Below the pieces are notes generated by a model that saw nothing but the letters and a program-made list of their open reading frames with translations, made no database searches and was not told where the DNA came from. Made by a program: the position numbers and the translations under genes. Positions 18,281 through 25,306 of a DNA stretch of 30,329 nt are shown here, in pieces (the first letter of the stretch is position 1; every line of letters starts with the position of its first letter). The stretch comes from a virus (lineage: Duplodnaviria; Heunggongvirae; Uroviricota; Caudoviricetes), in IMG/VR virus record IMGVR_UViG_2778261591_000021. One strand, written 5' to 3'.

Positions 18281-18386
18281 TCCACGCCAGATTGATTAAT
18301 GACTCCCAGGTAATATAAACCCGGATACCAGCAGCCAGGCCGAAACCAATCACCATGGCATAAAGCAGAGCGTTGCACTTGTTCAT
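18264..18386 (-). CDS. 40-aa single-pass membrane peptide (MNKCNALLYAMVIGFGLAAGIRVYITWESLINLAWSAIRG)
   Basis: Not in the ORF track (under 60 aa). ATG overlaps the upstream TGA stop as TGATGA, with AGGGGG 7 nt upstream. Hydrophobic core typical of a TM helix. Confidence 0.35.
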   Translation of the reverse strand: MNKCNALLYAMVIGFGLAAGIRVYITWESLINLAWSAIRG

Positions 18387-18949
18387 CACTTCACCCCCTG
18401 CGGCGGTTCCGGTAGCGGCATCCAGTGGGTTACACCGCCAATTGGTTCATCGTCGTCGTACTCCAATGCGGATATATAGAACCCGTCACGACGAGAATAA
18501 GAAATCCCGGACATTACAATGCCATCCGAAACAACAATAATGTCACCCGTTTCTTCCGGCATTCGCTCACTACAGCTTATCCAACTATCCGGAGTTACCG
18601 GATAGTTGCGCATTGCGACCTTTAATGCCTCATAGAAGCAACCTTTCAGATTGTTGAACTGACGCCCATTTAGCGGGACGTGTTCAGTCAGCATGTTGTG
18701 TAATTTCCATGCCGCGTCGTTTACTTCGCTGGATGACAGGGGAGGCAACTTGTAAGTTTGGCTTACAGGTTCGGCACCATGAAGCATGGCGGCGCGGAGT
18801 TTCTGTATCTCCCGTGCCATTATTGCGTCCTGACGAGGAGTGAACATATCACCTGCAATAATTCTGTTTAGTTCCTCGTCAGTGAACTCATAATCATCAG
18901 GAACATTGTGAACCTCAGCATAAAGAGGCTTTTTGGTAGAAATGGTCAT
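18386..18949 (-). CDS. DUF551-type phage protein, 187 aa
   Basis: C-terminal region (ISCSERMPEE...DGFYIS...HWMPLPEPP) matches my recollection of DUF551 as found in lambdoid accessory genes. Confidence 0.5.
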   Translation of the reverse strand: MTISTKKPLYAEVHNVPDDYEFTDEELNRIIAGDMFTPRQDAIMAREIQKLRAAMLHGAEPVSQTYKLPPLSSSEVNDAAWKLHNMLTEHVPLNGRQFNNLKGCFYEALKVAMRNYPVTPDSWISCSERMPEETGDIIVVSDGIVMSGISYSRRDGFYISALEYDDDEPIGGVTHWMPLPEPPQGVK

Positions 18950-19569
18950 CGTAAAACATCCTCCGCACTTACCAGTGCGTTTCGCAAAAGATAATCCATC
19001 GCCCTATCTGGTAATTTGCAATCAGGTTTTGCTTTTTTCAGTTGGCTGACCAATTGTTTAACCAGCACTGTTAATTCGATAACTTGGTAGCGCGGCAATG
19101 GTGAATTATCAGATTTGCCCTGACTGTCTGCGCTGCATGAATGCCCTTCCAGCCATGCCAATGCTTGTCGCATGAAATACGCAATATGTTTGCCGTGGTA
19201 ATCGTCTTCATCGATGTGAAAAGCGATACTGCGGATGTATTCTATTGCATTTTCAATGGCCTCCAACGCTATCGGCGCTGGCGGTGCGGTATAAAACTTC
19301 GTCCCCAGCGGAAACAACTTCATCGCTTTTTCTCCCTTAATGATGCGATAAGTTGATTCTCCGCCAAGGTCTACCGTTCCATCCATAATAAGGCCGTATC
19401 GCTTCTCTGAAACTTCACCAATAGGATCTGCTTCCAGTGATGCCAGTGCAATTTTAAATGCGGTAAGCATGTTGCTTTGATCTTCATTGAGTCCGAACGG
19501 TATTTCATCCCGTGCTGACTCAATGCTGGTAATCGTTTTCTGTAGCCATTCTTTGGTAATAGTGGTCAT
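18946..19569 (-). CDS. hypothetical phage protein, 207 aa (Ead/Ea22-region type)
   Basis: Operon context with overlapping stop/start; acidic protein. Confidence 0.45.
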   Translation of the reverse strand: MTTITKEWLQKTITSIESARDEIPFGLNEDQSNMLTAFKIALASLEADPIGEVSEKRYGLIMDGTVDLGGESTYRIIKGEKAMKLFPLGTKFYTAPPAPIALEAIENAIEYIRSIAFHIDEDDYHGKHIAYFMRQALAWLEGHSCSADSQGKSDNSPLPRYQVIELTVLVKQLVSQLKKAKPDCKLPDRAMDYLLRNALVSAEDVLR

Positions 19570-19571
19570 AG

Positions 19572-19763
19572 CTATTTCACCTTAATCTCAACATTTCGCA
19601 GCTTTAGCTCTACTGGCAGGTCTGACTTTCCGGTTAATGCTAATGCGAGATTTTCTGGAGTAATGAGAGCAGTTATTGTTCTACCCATCGCCAGACGAAT
19701 AATCATTCGTATCTCGCAATCGTCACATGCTCCCGGTCGAACAATTGATATTTGTCCATTCAT
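19572..19763 (-). CDS. small hypothetical protein, 63 aa, with Cys pair (CDDC)
   Basis: ATG at 19763 lies directly after the upstream stop at 19765; the track ORF extends further upstream into the preceding gene. Confidence 0.35.
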   Translation of the reverse strand: MNGQISIVRPGACDDCEIRMIIRLAMGRTITALITPENLALALTGKSDLPVELKLRNVEIKVK

Positions 19764-19764
19764 C

Positions 19765-20481
19765 TCACACTCCTTTGATGCGAATGCCAGCGGCGCGGAT
19801 TGCATCGATGACTTCAGAAACTTTGTATGCCATTACCGTTTGGTAATCATCGTGAAAATCTGTTCGATGAAGCATGCTGCTACGTTCCGGGAGCAGTATT
19901 TCCCGATCCTCCAGTTCTGCTATGCGCTTCTCTGCTGATTCCAGCTTCTCGCGCATATCGTCAACGTACTCGACCAGAGAACCGCCAGCAGGAATTTCGC
20001 ACTCCTCGACCAGTTGGAAGTAGATATCAGCTGCGGCCCGTGTGTTGCTATGCCTAGCGTCGCCCATCTCACCTTCACGAAGAGCATCGCGTTCGGCGGT
20101 AAGATTGGCTATTTTGCTGTCTTTGCCTTCCAGCTCAACACGCAGCTTCCCTACCGTTAGCGCAATATCCTCGTTCTCCTGGTCGCGGCGTTTGATGTAT
20201 TGCTGGTTTCTTTCCCGTTCATCCAGTAGTGCCAAGACGGTAGCGGGATTGGCTGCGGCGATGAATTCAGCATTGGCCTGCTGTTCCATTTGGAAATCTT
20301 CATCGAAACCGCTTTCAGGATGCGCTCCTTCAATTCTGCAAATAGGAATATATCCAGCAACTTCACGATGAATTAGCGCATCATCACCATCAAATCGGCT
20401 CTCTCCATATTCGAGCGACCACTCACCACACGTTGCTTTTTCTGCCGCTTCACGCAGTGCCTGATAGTCAATCTTGCTCAC
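19765..20481 (-). CDS. Ea22-like protein, 238 aa
   Basis: Contains the block EFIAAANPATVLALLDERE recalled as characteristic of lambdoid Ea22-family proteins; central coiled coil. Confidence 0.5.
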   Translation of the reverse strand: MSKIDYQALREAAEKATCGEWSLEYGESRFDGDDALIHREVAGYIPICRIEGAHPESGFDEDFQMEQQANAEFIAAANPATVLALLDERERNQQYIKRRDQENEDIALTVGKLRVELEGKDSKIANLTAERDALREGEMGDARHSNTRAAADIYFQLVEECEIPAGGSLVEYVDDMREKLESAEKRIAELEDREILLPERSSMLHRTDFHDDYQTVMAYKVSEVIDAIRAAGIRIKGV

Positions 20482-20927
20482 TGGTTGCCTCCTTTGCGAA
20501 GCTGGGCAGCAAAGTCACGGATAGTGTCATCAAGGTCTGGGCACAACAGATGGTCAGCAAACATCTCCACGCCCTGCGCCCGTACTTCAGCCAGGAAAGC
20601 GTCGGTGGCTGGGGTGTCTGATTGCAGAGACTTTGCGCGATAGTCATTCCACCCTCTTGCATACATGGGATTAACTTGCACTCCATCTTTTACGCAATAT
20701 GCCTGCCCTCCACGGTTGATAAACTTGATTTCGTCCATAGCGCCAGACTTCAGCCCCGCATTCTCCGCTGCCAGCGCATTAGCACGCACCAGTTGCACTT
20801 CCAGTTGCGTTGCCAAATCGCTGATCAGCTTTGCCACACTGCGCATATCAACGGCACCACATTCTGCTTTCAGTTCCGAAGCCATCTCATGCCCGGCGGC
20901 AACTAACCCTTTGATATTACTTTCCAT
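20478..20927 (-). CDS. hypothetical protein, 149 aa
   Basis: ATG with GAGGG RBS, in operon. Confidence 0.45.
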   Translation of the reverse strand: MESNIKGLVAAGHEMASELKAECGAVDMRSVAKLISDLATQLEVQLVRANALAAENAGLKSGAMDEIKFINRGGQAYCVKDGVQVNPMYARGWNDYRAKSLQSDTPATDAFLAEVRAQGVEMFADHLLCPDLDDTIRDFAAQLRKGGNQ

Positions 20928-20972
20928 CTTTACCCTCGCTTATCCACATAACTTATTGATTACATTGATAAC

Positions 20973-21006
20973 TAAAAAGATCGTCGATTCATGCCGATCT
21001 ATTTTT
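20973..21006. terminator. hairpin AGATCG...CGATCT flanked by T-runs on both strands (bidirectional terminator-like)
   Basis: 6-bp stem with 11-nt loop overlapping the HNH gene stop; TTTTTA follows on the minus strand and ATTTTTCAT on the plus strand. Confidence 0.35.
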
Positions 21007-21597
21007 CATCAGTGATTCATAAAACTTTTGCCACTTATGCCGACCGAAATTAGCCTTCGAGTTACAGCTCGAACAAAGGCAAATAAGGTTCTCCTGACGA
21101 CAGTCTTGCTTGTCGTAATTGATGTGATGAGTTGTTAGCCTTTTGTCTGTTCCATCACAACCTGGGTTCTGACAAGTAAAACCATCTCGCTCAATAACCC
21201 TCTTGCTCGTTTCTCGGAAATCCCACGGATACGGCAATCTCGATAATCCACCAGACCAGTTTGGATTTCCTTCCCCCTTCATCAGAGAAGAACGCATTAT
21301 GTTGGAACACTGTTTCGAGCAGCATTTATGACGCTTCTCATGACTCAAGAAAACGGAGAACGAAGATCCGCATACGCAGCATATTTTTAATACTCGCTTT
21401 AGTTCCCGATTTACCGTCTTGCCTCGCTGTGAAATTCCTACACACTGAAGTGAGCAGAACCTTGAAGATGAGTTGGCTCGCTTAACCTGATATTGCCTGC
21501 CACATACGGAGCAAACCTTTTCGATTTTCCCACCCTTCCAATTCGGGTTTTTATCACCGGATACAATCAATCCCGCAGCATTGGGCTTCTCGCTCAT
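20989..21597 (-). CDS. HNH endonuclease with N-terminal zinc-ribbon repeats, 202 aa
   Basis: Repeated NPNWKGG/NPNWSGG motifs and CxxC pairs; C-terminal HNH core (CQNPGC...THHINYDK...NLICLCSSCNSK). Confidence 0.7.
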   Translation of the reverse strand: MSEKPNAAGLIVSGDKNPNWKGGKIEKVCSVCGRQYQVKRANSSSRFCSLQCVGISQRGKTVNRELKRVLKICCVCGSSFSVFLSHEKRHKCCSKQCSNIMRSSLMKGEGNPNWSGGLSRLPYPWDFRETSKRVIERDGFTCQNPGCDGTDKRLTTHHINYDKQDCRQENLICLCSSCNSKANFGRHKWQKFYESLMKNRSA

Positions 21598-21947
21598 AGT
21601 TCCTCAACCTCCCATCCACCACCGAGCTTTTTAGGTTTTGGATAAGCAACCTGAAAGACAAACGGATAGCTGTCTGCCGCAACCTTCATCTTGACTCTCG
21701 CATCGTCAGTAAAGACTGACTTACTTCCCTTAACGTCCACCATCACCAACTGCCCGTCAGCCAACATCACGGCAAAATCTACAGTCAGGAAGCAGTTGTC
21801 AGCTAACCGCAGCTTGAGACCATCGAATCGATACCAGGCGATTTCCCCTGCACGTTTACGCTGCTCAAGGTGCTGGCAATACGCAGATTCTGTTTTGTTC
21901 ATCTGACCTGTTTTGAGTCGACCAAGAGCCTGTATCTGTTTTCTCAT
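21594..21947 (-). CDS. DUF1064-like (PD-(D/E)xK nuclease-fold) phage protein, 117 aa
   Basis: Pattern E...Y...L...DF.V...DG...DVKG typical of a small phage nuclease-fold family. AGGGG RBS. First gene after an operator-flanked promoter. Confidence 0.45.
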   Translation of the reverse strand: MRKQIQALGRLKTGQMNKTESAYCQHLEQRKRAGEIAWYRFDGLKLRLADNCFLTVDFAVMLADGQLVMVDVKGSKSVFTDDARVKMKVAADSYPFVFQVAYPKPKKLGGGWEVEEL

Positions 21948-21950
21948 GAT

Positions 21951-22027
21951 TTACCCCTGAGGTAATTAAAAACCACATAAGACACGAAATCAATAGATTT
22001 TAGTATATTTTATTACCCGCCAGGTAA
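21951..22027 (-). promoter_or_regulatory. internal promoter (TTGATT-N17-TTTAAT on the minus strand) flanked by two TTACC-N5-GGTAA operator-like palindromes
   Basis: Sites at 21951-21965 (overlaps the start region and RBS of the DUF1064 gene) and 22013-22027 (upstream of the -35). Confidence 0.45.
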
Positions 22028-22037
22028 TCATTTAGGA

Positions 22038-22059
22038 GTAAAAAAATGCGCTATCGCGC
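22038..22059 (-). terminator. weak terminator-like element after the P-like gene
   Basis: 4-bp GC stem (GCGC-gata-GCGC) followed by ATTTTTTT on the minus strand; the stem is short. Confidence 0.3.
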
Positions 22060-22064
22060 TGGTA

Positions 22065-22865
22065 TTACTTGATAAATCCTGCCGCCTTTCCCCGCCTGTA
22101 TTCCTCCATCAGCCACTGTGCCGGTGTTATTCCACCCAGGGTGGCGGCGTTAGGCATGCACCCGAAACTTCGCCCTGGTGGATGGTAAACGTCTCTCCCT
22201 GTGTCCGGAGGTGTACTCATGGGTTCTGGCTTTGCCTGTATGCTGATCACCGGATCGGGTATCTGCTGTCCGGAAGCCACCTTTTTCGCCCAATCATCGA
22301 GCAACCTGCGCGCGTGTTTCTCAACCTCAATCTCGCTAAGCTGGCGCTGATACATTGCACGGCGGGTATCACATACGACCCAGTACATAACCGGATGTCG
22401 CCACGGGAATCTTTCTGGACCACCAGGATATAAACTTTTTTCCTTGCTGTACCGGTGAAACTCCGCCATCACATCGTCAATGGTGACGCCAAGAACCATC
22501 TTGCTGTCTTTGCACCACTTGATGAATTGCCCAGGCGACGGCCAGAACGGAGATTCACTGGCGCGGGCGTGGCGCATACCAGCAGAAACCTGTTCACGGG
22601 TTCGGATCCCACCTTCGGCAAACGCAGCAATCCACTGCTGTTTTGCAGCAACTTCCTGCTCTGGCGTCTTCAGGTTGGTTACCACTGCCGCCGGAAACAG
22701 CTGTTTCAGCTGTTTGAAAAGGGCATCAACAAGCCTCTCTGCTGACATGTTCACCACATTGTCATTGTTGACGTACTGATGCTCATAACCTGACATGCGA
22801 GAAAGGGCTTCTCCGTCATGGTTTTGTATCGCGGTAAAAACGTTGTTCACAAGAAATCCTCCCAT
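22065..22865 (-). CDS. replication protein P-like (replicative helicase loader), 266 aa
   Basis: Recalled similarity to lambda P blocks (SPGQF.xWC, YP..FPW....YW.V, RRLLDDW...G..IP.PV) and position directly after the O-like gene. The first 19 nt overlap the O-like gene. Confidence 0.7.
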   Translation of the reverse strand: MGGFLVNNVFTAIQNHDGEALSRMSGYEHQYVNNDNVVNMSAERLVDALFKQLKQLFPAAVVTNLKTPEQEVAAKQQWIAAFAEGGIRTREQVSAGMRHARASESPFWPSPGQFIKWCKDSKMVLGVTIDDVMAEFHRYSKEKSLYPGGPERFPWRHPVMYWVVCDTRRAMYQRQLSEIEVEKHARRLLDDWAKKVASGQQIPDPVISIQAKPEPMSTPPDTGRDVYHPPGRSFGCMPNAATLGGITPAQWLMEEYRRGKAAGFIK

Positions 22866-23662
22866 GCTTCAGGGCTGTTCCAGTGCGGAACGTTGTTATC
22901 AGGTAATGTTGATTGCTTCTGTCTGCTAATCTGCAGCCGCCTTGCCAGCTTCTGCTCCCACTGTGCCTGATGGTATGCCTTACCCTCAGCCATCCAGTAA
23001 ATTCTGAACTCTGCAAGTTCCTGTGCCGTTGGCAGACTGTCCAGGTAGATCCCCTGCAATGAGCTTTTCCGAAGAAAGTCATCTGATGGCTGCCATTGTT
23101 CATGCATGACAAATTTGCCTAATTGCCCTGGCCCACCAGGAGGAACAAAGTTATTCATCACGGCGTTGTTTGCGCCGGGGTCATGATGCACAGAATCCCC
23201 GTTTTTTGTCCTGCTCTCCCTCTCTTGGTTAAATGACTGGTTATATGACTGGTTCTGGATCCCGTTTTTGGGATCATTCAACATCCCGTTTTTGGGATCA
23301 TTCAACATCCCGTTTTTGGGTATATTCCCGTTTTCGGGTATATTCCCGTTTTCGGGTTCATTGCCCCCCTCCCGGTTGCCTTTAATGTTCCCGTTTTTGG
23401 TTATATTAAGAGAGAAAACCCGCACTCTTTTTGTCGCTCCCTTTCTATCTCCGGTATCTGAAATAAGCCCCATTTTCATGAGCGATATAAGCCCGGCCTG
23501 CACGGTTTTTTTATTCAGGCAAGTGTCTTTAACGAGGCGTTCTATGCTGGGGTAGCAGAGGTTATATTCATCGGCTCTGTCAGCCATCGAGAGCAGTATG
23601 AGCTTTAATGATGAGCTACCTGGATCTGTCTCCCAGGCCCAATCTGTTGCATGTCTGCTCAT
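22847..23662 (-). CDS. replication initiator O-like protein with internal iteron array, 271 aa
   Basis: N-terminal HTH-type initiator region; central PENGNI/PKNGMLND peptide repeats are encoded by the DNA iterons; position before the P-like gene. Confidence 0.65.
   Translation of the reverse strand: MSRHATDWAWETDPGSSSLKLILLSMADRADEYNLCYPSIERLVKDTCLNKKTVQAGLISLMKMGLISDTGDRKGATKRVRVFSLNITKNGNIKGNREGGNEPENGNIPENGNIPKNGMLNDPKNGMLNDPKNGIQNQSYNQSFNQERESRTKNGDSVHHDPGANNAVMNNFVPPGGPGQLGKFVMHEQWQPSDDFLRKSSLQGIYLDSLPTAQELAEFRIYWMAEGKAYHQAQWEQKLARRLQISRQKQSTLPDNNVPHWNSPEAWEDFL
23259..23407. repeat. origin-like iteron array: six copies of core CCCGTTTT(T/C)GG, including two perfect 24-bp tandem units
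   Basis: Units ATCCCGTTTTTGGGATCATTCAAC at 23259-23282 and 23283-23306, with further copies near 23309, 23327, 23345 and 23390; a direct repeat ATGACTGGTT x2 is adjacent. Confidence 0.7.
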
Positions 23663-23677
23663 GATTAATCTCCGCTA

Positions 23678-23878
23678 TCAGCTTGAGTGTTGTGGGGAGG
23701 AATTAATCATGATCTGCTTAATCTCTGCCCTGATGCGACGGTTTGATTCCATGGTGCACTCAACACAGTGTCCGTTGTAAACCCAGCGTTCACTGTCATG
23801 TCCGTGCTTACATGGTTTTCCGGTGTAATAGCGTTTAAGTCCGCGCTTTGCGGCATCAATACGTGTAATGATTTCCAT
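23678..23878 (-). CDS. small Zn-finger-like protein (CKHGH...HCVEC), about 66 aa, at the cII position
   Basis: Internal ATG at 23878 preferred over the hydrophobic N-terminal extension in the track. Cys/His cluster. Located between the cro-like and O-like genes. Confidence 0.35.
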   Translation of the reverse strand: MEIITRIDAAKRGLKRYYTGKPCKHGHDSERWVYNGHCVECTMESNRRIRAEIKQIMINSSPQHSS

Positions 23879-23958
23879 GGTAAGCCCTGTTATTAGTATT
23901 GGGATTACGGTTATTTTGTGCTGACACAAAAAAAAGATCAACCATATTTGGTTTTTTA

Positions 23959-23973
23959 TTACCTTTGAGGTAC
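23959..23973. promoter_or_regulatory. operator-like palindrome TTACCTTTGAGGTAC
   Basis: Lies between the cro-like gene terminator and the Zn-finger gene. Confidence 0.4.
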
Positions 23974-23982
23974 GAATAGATA

Positions 23983-24007
23983 TGAAAAGACCGCCGGATG
24001 GCGGTCT
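23983..24007 (-). terminator. rho-independent terminator downstream of the cro-like gene (tR1-like position)
   Basis: Minus strand: 8-bp stem AGACCGCC-atcc-GGCGGTCT followed by TTTTC. Confidence 0.6.
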
Positions 24008-24028
24008 ACAGAGGGTTGTGGCTGGATA

Positions 24029-24259
24029 TCATGAGTAGAAGAAGTATGCCAATTCTGCTTTTGAGCGCAGCCATTGTCTTGTTTTACAGGCTTTAAAAAG
24101 CCCATTCATCAATACCTTACCTGGCATTTTGCGCTTACCTGTTAAGTGAGTCTGGATATAGTGACTCGTCGTTCCGGCTTCCTGTGCGAAGGCTTCACGC
24201 TCATCCGGAGTAAGTGCAAGCCAGTGCTTTTTGAAATCGAAATGTCCGTTATCGCTCAT
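24029..24259 (-). CDS. Cro-like HTH DNA-binding protein, 76 aa
   Basis: Divergent from the repressor-like gene across an operator-containing intergenic region; HTH-like segment EREAFAQEAGTTSHYIQTHLTGKR. Confidence 0.5.
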   Translation of the reverse strand: MSDNGHFDFKKHWLALTPDEREAFAQEAGTTSHYIQTHLTGKRKMPGKVLMNGLFKACKTRQWLRSKAELAYFFYS

Positions 24260-24295
24260 AGCTATTGCCTGATATTTATTTCAGATAATAAATAT

Positions 24296-24358
24296 TCACC
24301 CATAAGGTAACAAAAATCAAGGATAGTTACCTGTGGGGTGCATTTACCTGTTGGGTAA
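24296..24358. promoter_or_regulatory. immunity-region operator cluster: three TTACC-N5-GGTAA-type sites between the divergent cro-like and repressor-like genes
   Basis: TCACCCATAAGGTAA at 24296-24310, TTACCTGTGGGGTGC at 24327-24341, TTACCTGTTGGGTAA at 24344-24358. Confidence 0.55.
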
Positions 24359-24413
24359 TATTGCTTTAAATTGAATCATCTACTGATTCATATATGAGGC
24401 GATTTTCCAGAAA

Positions 24414-24998
24414 ATGAAAAGTATCCAGGACGTCCGCAGGCAAAATCTCAACGACTTGATCGACCGTGAATTCAATGGTGTTCAGACGCGGATGGCAGAA
24501 AAACTTGGAACTCAGGCAAATCTGGTAAACCGCTGGGCTCTTGGCAAGAAGGTTATCGGCGACCAGGTTGCGCGAAAAATTGAAGCTGCCGCCAATAAAC
24601 CCCGTAACTGGCTTGATATCGATCGCTCGCTTTCTCAGGAAGGTTTTCAGCCTGTCGGCCCAAGCGACATTGGTCAGCTGGCGGCTCACAACCTGGAACG
24701 CTGGATGAGCGAAAGCCGCGACCTTTCAACGCAGGGAAAACTTCACCGCGCATCCGGCGTCGCCCAGGTGACAATCAGTCGCCTGTTAAACAATGAGGTC
24801 AGCGTTTCCATTTCCACCCTGGAGAATGTTGCATCCGCATTCGGGCGTCACGGATATGAACTACTGATTCACCCGCACGACCCTGCGACTATCAACTATG
24901 ACCGCTCACGCTACGCATTGTTACCCGAAACCGAGAAAGCAAAGATCGAAAGTTACATTGAATTTGTCATCAACCAGAACGAAAAAAGCAAACAATAA
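24414..24998 (+). CDS. repressor-like protein with two tandem XRE-type HTH domains and no LexA/S24 peptidase domain, 194 aa
   Basis: HTH 1: TRMAEKLGTQANLVNRWALGKK. HTH 2: KLHRASGVAQVTISRLLNNEVSVSISTLENVASAFG. Occupies the cI position and is followed by its own terminator. Confidence 0.6.
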   Translation: MKSIQDVRRQNLNDLIDREFNGVQTRMAEKLGTQANLVNRWALGKKVIGDQVARKIEAAANKPRNWLDIDRSLSQEGFQPVGPSDIGQLAAHNLERWMSESRDLSTQGKLHRASGVAQVTISRLLNNEVSVSISTLENVASAFGRHGYELLIHPHDPATINYDRSRYALLPETEKAKIESYIEFVINQNEKSKQ

Positions 24999-25018
24999 AA
25001 CTATATTTTTCAGTAAGT

Positions 25019-25043
25019 AAGCCGCCTCATGGCGGCTTTTTTA
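25019..25043 (+). terminator. rho-independent terminator after the repressor-like gene
   Basis: AAGCCGCC-tcat-GGCGGCTT stem followed by TTTTATT. Confidence 0.65.
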
Positions 25044-25055
25044 TTGCCAGATAGA

Positions 25056-25132
25056 TTACCTTACGGGTAATTTTTTTAACTCATATCTATTGACACCAAA
25101 CCAAATAAGCATAATTATTACCTCAACGGTAA
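25056..25132 (+). promoter_or_regulatory. early-left-type promoter (TTGACA at 25090-25095) bracketed by two operator palindromes
   Basis: TTACCTTACGGGTAA at 25056-25070 and TTACCTCAACGGTAA at 25118-25132; the downstream site overlaps the -10 and transcription start region. Confidence 0.55.
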
Positions 25133-25151
25133 CAGACCGAGGTAACAAGTT

Positions 25152-25304
25152 ATGCAGTGGAAAATCATCAACGGTTGGTACTGCGTTACTGCATGCGGAT
25201 TCATGAGCTGGAAGTTCCGCACCTTACAGGAAGGCATTAAGTGGGCTTTCGTCAGCAAAGAAGCTCGCGATGTAGCCAACGATAACGAGATATGGGAGGG
25301 CTGA
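25152..25304 (+). CDS. small protein, 50 aa (MQWKIINGWYCVTACGF...)
   Basis: Not in the ORF track; ATG with GAGGT 9 nt upstream; first ORF of the early operon. Confidence 0.3.
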   Translation: MQWKIINGWYCVTACGFMSWKFRTLQEGIKWAFVSKEARDVANDNEIWEG

Positions 25305-25306
25305 TA

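Noticed and set aside
18163-18378. 71-aa minus-strand ORF from the track
   Set aside because: GTG-initiated and Trp/Cys/Pro-rich. An alternative frame over the same DNA gives an ATG-initiated peptide with a strong RBS and a clean TM helix (reported as 18264-18386).
17893-18400. Expected lysis cassette (holin/endolysin/spanin) upstream of the terminase genes
   Set aside because: Nothing here resembles an endolysin (no lysozyme, amidase or glycosidase motifs) and the only membrane peptide is 40 aa; the absence is reported as an observation rather than forcing an annotation.
20941-20949. Perfect DnaA-box 9-mer TTATCCACA
   Set aside because: A single copy in an intergenic region; a 9-mer is expected by chance at roughly this frequency in 30 kb and there is no clustering.
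23259-23407. Possible CRISPR array (short direct repeats)
   Set aside because: Repeats are 18-24 bp units without unique spacers, irregularly spaced, and lie inside the O-like coding sequence; they are origin iterons.
24116-24140. Additional TTACC half-sites inside the cro-like gene
   Set aside because: No partner GGTAA at the N5 spacing; counted as coding-sequence coincidence, not operators.
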